Position numbers and translations under genes: made by a program. A stretch of 64,000 bases of DNA. Source: Macrostomum lignano (taxonomy: Eukaryota). Numbering within the stretch: the stretch's first letter is position 1; each line of letters starts with the position of its first letter. The stretch covers positions 198,648 to 262,647 of the forward strand of contig NIVC01001018.1 in assembly GCA_002269645.1 (NCBI GenBank), read 5' to 3'. Below, one piece after another: positions 58,301-64,000 of the stretch. The notes below the pieces were generated by a model. The model was not told the DNA's origin. It saw nothing but the letters and a program-made list of their open reading frames with translations, and made no database searches.

Positions 58301-59021
58301 ACATGGACTACAGTAACGGGAAAAGGCAAGCAGAGCAAGGGAGCAAGCTCGCTTGTGTGATTTCGGTAGCAGCAAAGCAATCAAATCAGCTTTGCAGTTC
58401 AGTCCGGCATATCCAAAGCCTTCGCTGGCAGCTGAGCGCATAGAGGCTAGGATGGGAAAGGGTAAAAGAGAAGCAAAGCTTTGCCCAGTCATGGACGGAT
58501 AGTTAGAGACGGACGACACCTCGAGATCCGTCAAGGTTAATGACCGGATTCGGCTTGGAGGACGTCAGGAGGCACGCCCGTGTACCAGATGGGAATAAAG
58601 AGTACGGGTTGAGCAGGGGTTTTACATGCCCGTGTCGGTCGAGCGTGAGTCGAACCAGGGAGGGGGGCGCTAATTTGACAAGACCAGCAGCGCCCAGACG
58701 GCCGACTTTGCAGGGAGAAGGAATGGGAAGGGAAAGGAATCACCCTTACTCAAATTTCCTTTTCGGATTTTTGTTCAGGACTGAATATTCTGTCTTCAGG
58801 GAAAAAACTACTGAGAAAGCCTTTGATAGACGAGATTAAATAAGCAAGAAGGCTAAAAATCAATAAATGGATTACTATTGGCTCTTATTAAAGAAGACAC
58901 AAAATGCTTCACCTTCAATCATTATGCGTTATGTCGAATTTGAACTGAAAAATCTTTAAATTTTTTATCTTTACGGACTAAAGACATTCGATTAAATTGA
59001 ACTATTACAGACGAGGATCTA

Positions 59022-59555
59022 ATGGGAGACGACGATATCTCCCAGTTTGACGCGTCCGACGCAAAGAAACTGCAGAAAAAGTTCGGAGTCAAAGAAAAAC
59101 GCTCTGCAATACGCAAACTGAATCCGCAAAGCGAGCTGAAGGAACACTTTGAGGATTACACAGAAGAGTTGGTCGAATTCTTGAAGCGGCCACTATTCCG
59201 AAGTTTAAGAAATTGCGGCAAAGTAAGCGAAACTGGCTGCAACTGTCTAAAGCTGATCTGCTTCGGTCAAGCAGAATGTGTGCTCAATGTAACATCGACT
59301 AAACTGTCGGAAGGCAAAAAGAACAATGGACCGGTTCACCTGCCTGCGGACGATCCGAGATACGTTTATTACGTAACTAGCAAGCGACTGCGAGCCAGGC
59401 ACAACAGTGGAGCGCCTTGGCAAGAACAAAATTCAGCAGCAGAAGCAGCAAGAGCTGCGGAAGAGAAGTCTGAGCGCCAACAGTTTCTTAAGTGCCGCCA
59501 GACGACTATTAATCCGTATGTGCTGTGCGACTGTAAAAAGTACACTAGACTATAA
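59022..59555 (+). CDS. possible coding fragment (177 aa, K/E-rich, CxC motif); may be transposon-derived
   Basis: Protein-like ORF preceded by tattacag; no family recognised. Confidence 0.3.
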   Translation: MGDDDISQFDASDAKKLQKKFGVKEKRSAIRKLNPQSELKEHFEDYTEELVEFLKRPLFRSLRNCGKVSETGCNCLKLICFGQAECVLNVTSTKLSEGKKNNGPVHLPADDPRYVYYVTSKRLRARHNSGAPWQEQNSAAEAARAAEEKSERQQFLKCRQTTINPYVLCDCKKYTRL

Positions 59556-62500
59556 AACCTTAATTATAGCGACGGCGTAGATAGAATAAACAGTTTTCGA
59601 TACGCTAGGTGCTACACGTAACTTGAACTTGTAATTATGTTACACTACAATACACCTGCTATACTTATTGCACAACTTCACAAATTAGTCAAGGCTATTT
59701 AAGCAATTACCTGTTTAAAAAGTGTTCCTTTCAATACAGATTGCGCCAATGCTAGAAACTTATTATTGATATTATAAGCACGAAACAAAATATAAATAAA
59801 TAAGACTATTTTATTCATTGATATCAAATGTTGTAATGCAATGATATCCTAACATAAACATAAACTACGATTATTAGTGAATCATATTATTTTTTTACTC
59901 TTAAATCTAATAGCTAAAATTCTGATACACTGAACTGGGGCCTCTCGCATGTGTAGACATGCTTAGAGTTTAAAGAGGCACAGTTTATCGCGATGTAGCA
60001 ATAAGCGTGGCTCTAAACATCTTCCACTGCGCATTAGTCTAATTGTTTAAAGCAGTGAGTGCAGTATTTCGCATAAATCTATCCTCTAGAGAGATTGTCG
60101 GCCTACAGGGCCTATTCCACTTTGCAGATAGGTAATTGTAGCTGAATTACGACCGTGAAACTGGAGCACACGAACAGCAAGGATGGATACGTAAATCCGG
60201 CAATTCGCCACAAGGCTTAGAGCAAATACTCCACTTTGCTGGCGTCGACGGCGACGCTCACAATGCATAGCTAATCTGGTTCTGAAGCCTGATTACTCCT
60301 CCCTTACTGGCCCACTTATCCCTAGCCAGCCATGCAGTTTCGGTAAATCGCTGAATGAGGTCCACCAGACCGAAAAAAACCCAAATGGGCTGAACCGATG
60401 TATTATTAGCAGACAGACGACAGATGGAAGACAAGCAAGTTCACTTAGGAAAACTGCGGGAGATCTTTACAGTCGATAGCAGTGAAGACTGCATGTCTAC
60501 ACAGATAGAAAGAAACACGCAAAATAATTTACACGCGACAAATACAGCTGCTACTGTTAAAGAAGAAAGACTTTATTGCTTAAACTTTCCTGGCGGGTAA
60601 CTTTTATTGAGTAGAAGCGCATGCACTAAAACGGGAAAAAGCAATCAAAAAGGAAAGTTCGTAGAATGCGTGGTATTTTCGTAGAAGTTGTTGTTAACTT
60701 TCAGCAATTCTATGCATCCAAAAAACTCTGTTGCTATGAATGAGATTAGTTGCTCACTGACCGTAACTCTTTGCTCCGTCGCAATCTTGCTAGTGAATCC
60801 AGGGGGAAAGTGTGGCATTCCTTATCATCACACATTTGCGAACGGATTAAGTCGGCGAATTAAACCAGTCTTAACCGTTAAGCCTAGTAATTGAAAATAG
60901 GAATTCAAACTGACGGAATTGAGATGAAAAGTATATAAATATAAGGGAGCTAGCTGTCAACAAAGAATATGCACAAAATAGTAAGTCTCATGCCGAGTTA
61001 TGCAGATCTCATATTGAATCGGGGAGCACTGAAAAGTTAAGAACTGCTGGATGAAAGAAGACGCGCTGGCGAAATCCCAGTTTAGCGAGAAGCCAAGTGA
61101 AACGAATCAGTTAATTAAAGACTGGCGAGGGAACCACCTCAAAAGATTCAACTGCAAAGCCTTTGCTCCACCAAGTCCAATTATTGCACGAGACAGAGAG
61201 AGGAAGAGAGCACGGGCGCAACTAAACGGAAAATGATGCACACGAGGCAGCAAAGCGAGCAGAAGCAGAGAAGGCTTGGATCGAAAGCTTAACCCAAGAA
61301 ATTAAATACCTAGATAGAGGCAACAGACGGCTAGCTTTCAAGTTATTTGAGTTGAATGAAGAAACGGAAAGAAGGAAAGCAATGTTTAACACAAAATCTA
61401 GCTGATGAAAATGCTAACCCTGATAAAATACACTACTCACAGACCTATGGTACTTAGTTTAAAATTTGCATACGAATTTAGCGCTGCAGTGAGGGGCTGT
61501 AACTAAATATATATACAGGAGACTATACTTTGCTGCTTCCATTGCTTTATGAAAGAGATAGGAATGGGAAATAATCAGCTACCAAGCCCGAGGCGATACA
61601 GTTGGTGATGGAAAGGTGTAAAAGTGCAATGATTGACAGTTTACTCTCTAAATGGAGAAGCCCGCCAGCAGGAAAGAGAATAATTTTGATAGCAAAAGAG
61701 GGCGAAAACAGCCCACCCAGTGCCAATGTCTCCCTGCATTACGGCTGTTTGCTATCAGCTAACTGTTGTGGAGGCAGCTCTACTCAGCTATAATGCTATT
61801 TACTCATCTCACACTGGCAATTCGGATATGCGATTAAGAAAGCTTTTTCTGTCCACCATCGTGAGCTGTAACAGAAAAGCAGAACGAATTTTTTGGGGAA
61901 AAAAGTGTAAAAAATCCGGCAAAGAATGCAACTGTGTAAAACGGGAAATGTAATGGGCAATTCACTAGAGCTGCACTATTGACGGATCTAGCCAAAAATT
62001 CTTGTTCCGGGTGAGAAAACAGGGCAGACAGTAACCTTACAATGTAGTATAGCTTTTGACAGCCTATCTGAGAATCCTCCATACGCTGCCTGCGAGGGGC
62101 CATGGCTGCATCTTCCTTTAGTCTATGGAACTGCATGGACCACAAAAGCCAAAAAATGATAAAAAATAGACCATTTCAAAGATCTTTTTGGAGTCCAATA
62201 AAAGTTGCGAAATACAAACACTACTTATAGTAACAAGCTAAGGAATCAAAACAATCATTCAATTTTTCAGCATCTAGACATAGGTCAGGCAATTTCAATA
62301 AAATTGGACATAATATACTACTGTTAGTGAGTATCAATATGATATAAATTATGCTCAGAATTGTCAAGAATTGTCAACTGAATTTTAACTGTTAGCGTTA
62401 AAAGGATTTATTTACATAGTCAAAAAACGAATTAGCTTGTATATTTGAATTACTAAGATACCCTGGGTATTTAAGATAAGATTTAGATAAGATAAATTTA

Positions 62501-64000
62501 GTTTTTTTTATATCTTGCACTACTGCTATGATAAAGTCAATGGCAGGAGAGTAGTATATAATAATGATTGTAGAGCATTATATTACCATTCAGAACAATC
62601 TAACAATGCTATTCTATGCTATGCTATAGTTATACTTAAATTTTTACCATTTTTAGCAATGATCAGATTTAGATACCAATATTACAAATAAGCTATGCTA
62701 GCAGATTGATATAAGATAGGAAACTAATACTAATAGTAGGAGTGCCAAGCCATTTTTCAATCTATTTTAAACCATTTTTACTCTACTACCTAATACTTTG
62801 TACTATATTTGCCAAGCCTTCAAGCTTTAAATCATATTAGCACATTATTAGTATTGTTGTTTGCCATTAGTTTGTTTATATTAACATATCTATATCATCT
62901 GATAGTTCACTCTTTGGTGGCCTATTCTAAATGTGATAATTAAACTAACAATAAAATAAATTATTTAATAATCTATAGCCTAAGAATAAAATAAATAAGG
63001 TTTAATGTTATAATATTTGAATATTAGTCAGTTTAACAATACACTTTTATAATGCATAGGCCTTAAAGCAAAAGTTGGAAAAGCAATATATTATATACCT
63101 AAATTGTTAGGTAAGTCCACAGATACTATAACCATAGATAGTTCACTCTTGTTTAGATTTTTGCAACTACTCTTTGGTTAGTAGTGTGAATGAACATAGA
63201 TGCATCAAATGATCTAAAATAGGTAGCAAAAGTGATGTATTGTTGTTTTTGTGTCAGCTTAGTCACAAAATCATACCTACATATAAGCTTTCAAAACATC
63301 AAAGTTGAGTTCACTCCCATTTGTGTTGCAGACACACAAGCCTCTTTTGCAACTAAGTGCCAGATCAATGAATTCCAGTTGAAGCAGATGTTGCCATTCA
63401 CTAGCAACCATATGGTTGCTAGGAAAAATATGTAACCAAATGGGTATCACTTCATTTGATCTTATGAAAATTGAATTTTTGCACCTATAGGCACAGTAGT
63501 GCCAATTGCATCAAAATTCATTTTTGGAGCAACTAGCAATTTTTCTTGCCATTTGCATGCTGATGCTTATCCAAAGAGTAGACATTTTTTGAGCCATAGA
63601 CTATAACACAAAAAATGGCTTAACTCAATGCAGAGTGAAATATATAGTGTTTTATTATCTGTGGGTAAGTCTCCTTATTTTATTGGTATTAAAATTATAA
63701 TCTTAATATTATTATTATGGAAGATCCAAAATTTCCCTCCAATAGAAGAAGAATAGTAGTCTATAGTTTTAAATTATTTATATATTAGCTTAAATGCAAT
63801 GCAAATGCAAATGCTATCCATGAGCATAATTTTAGCTAAGGCCTATTATATAATATTGTTTAACACAAAATCTATCTAAAAAATTTATTACAATTTCTAA
63901 ATTCATCATATGATCAATAATCTTGTTTTCAGTCACATATTTTCTTACCTTTATAAATTTGTCTTTTAGGCTATATAAAGCTGTTGAAACCGCAGATTTT

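Noticed and set aside
55800-58900. Many short ORFs as genes or retroelement domains
   Set aside because: No motif I could support; looks like decayed repeat sequence and needs a profile search.

Overview
Repeat-rich eukaryotic (animal) DNA, not prokaryotic. GC-rich exons with GT-AG introns, minisatellite-filled introns and splice acceptors just upstream of start codons suggest a trans-splicing flatworm such as Macrostomum; the species is inference only. Host genes: RPL5, a two-LIM CSRP/muscle-LIM gene, MFF (one frameshift), DOHH, a 3-exon two-TM gene and two low-complexity ORFs. Mobile DNA: a full-length APE/RT/RNase H non-LTR retrotransposon (10003-15756, 13-bp TSD), a non-autonomous LTR element with apparently identical 843-bp LTRs, several TIR elements with 8-bp TSDs, a Merlin transposase relic and a tRNA-derived SINE. 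Best findings: (1) an HDV-like ribozyme fold whose predicted cleavage G is exactly the TSD-defined 5' end of the retrotransposon; (2) a 295-bp-TIR element plus, 2.8 kb away, a 30-bp remnant of the same termini with its own 8-bp TSD, resembling a P-type excision footprint; (3) about ten CCAAT-N9-ACACG (ERSE-like) units upstream of DOHH. All alignments and folds were done by eye. 47.5-62 kb is mostly decayed sequence I cannot assign confidently.
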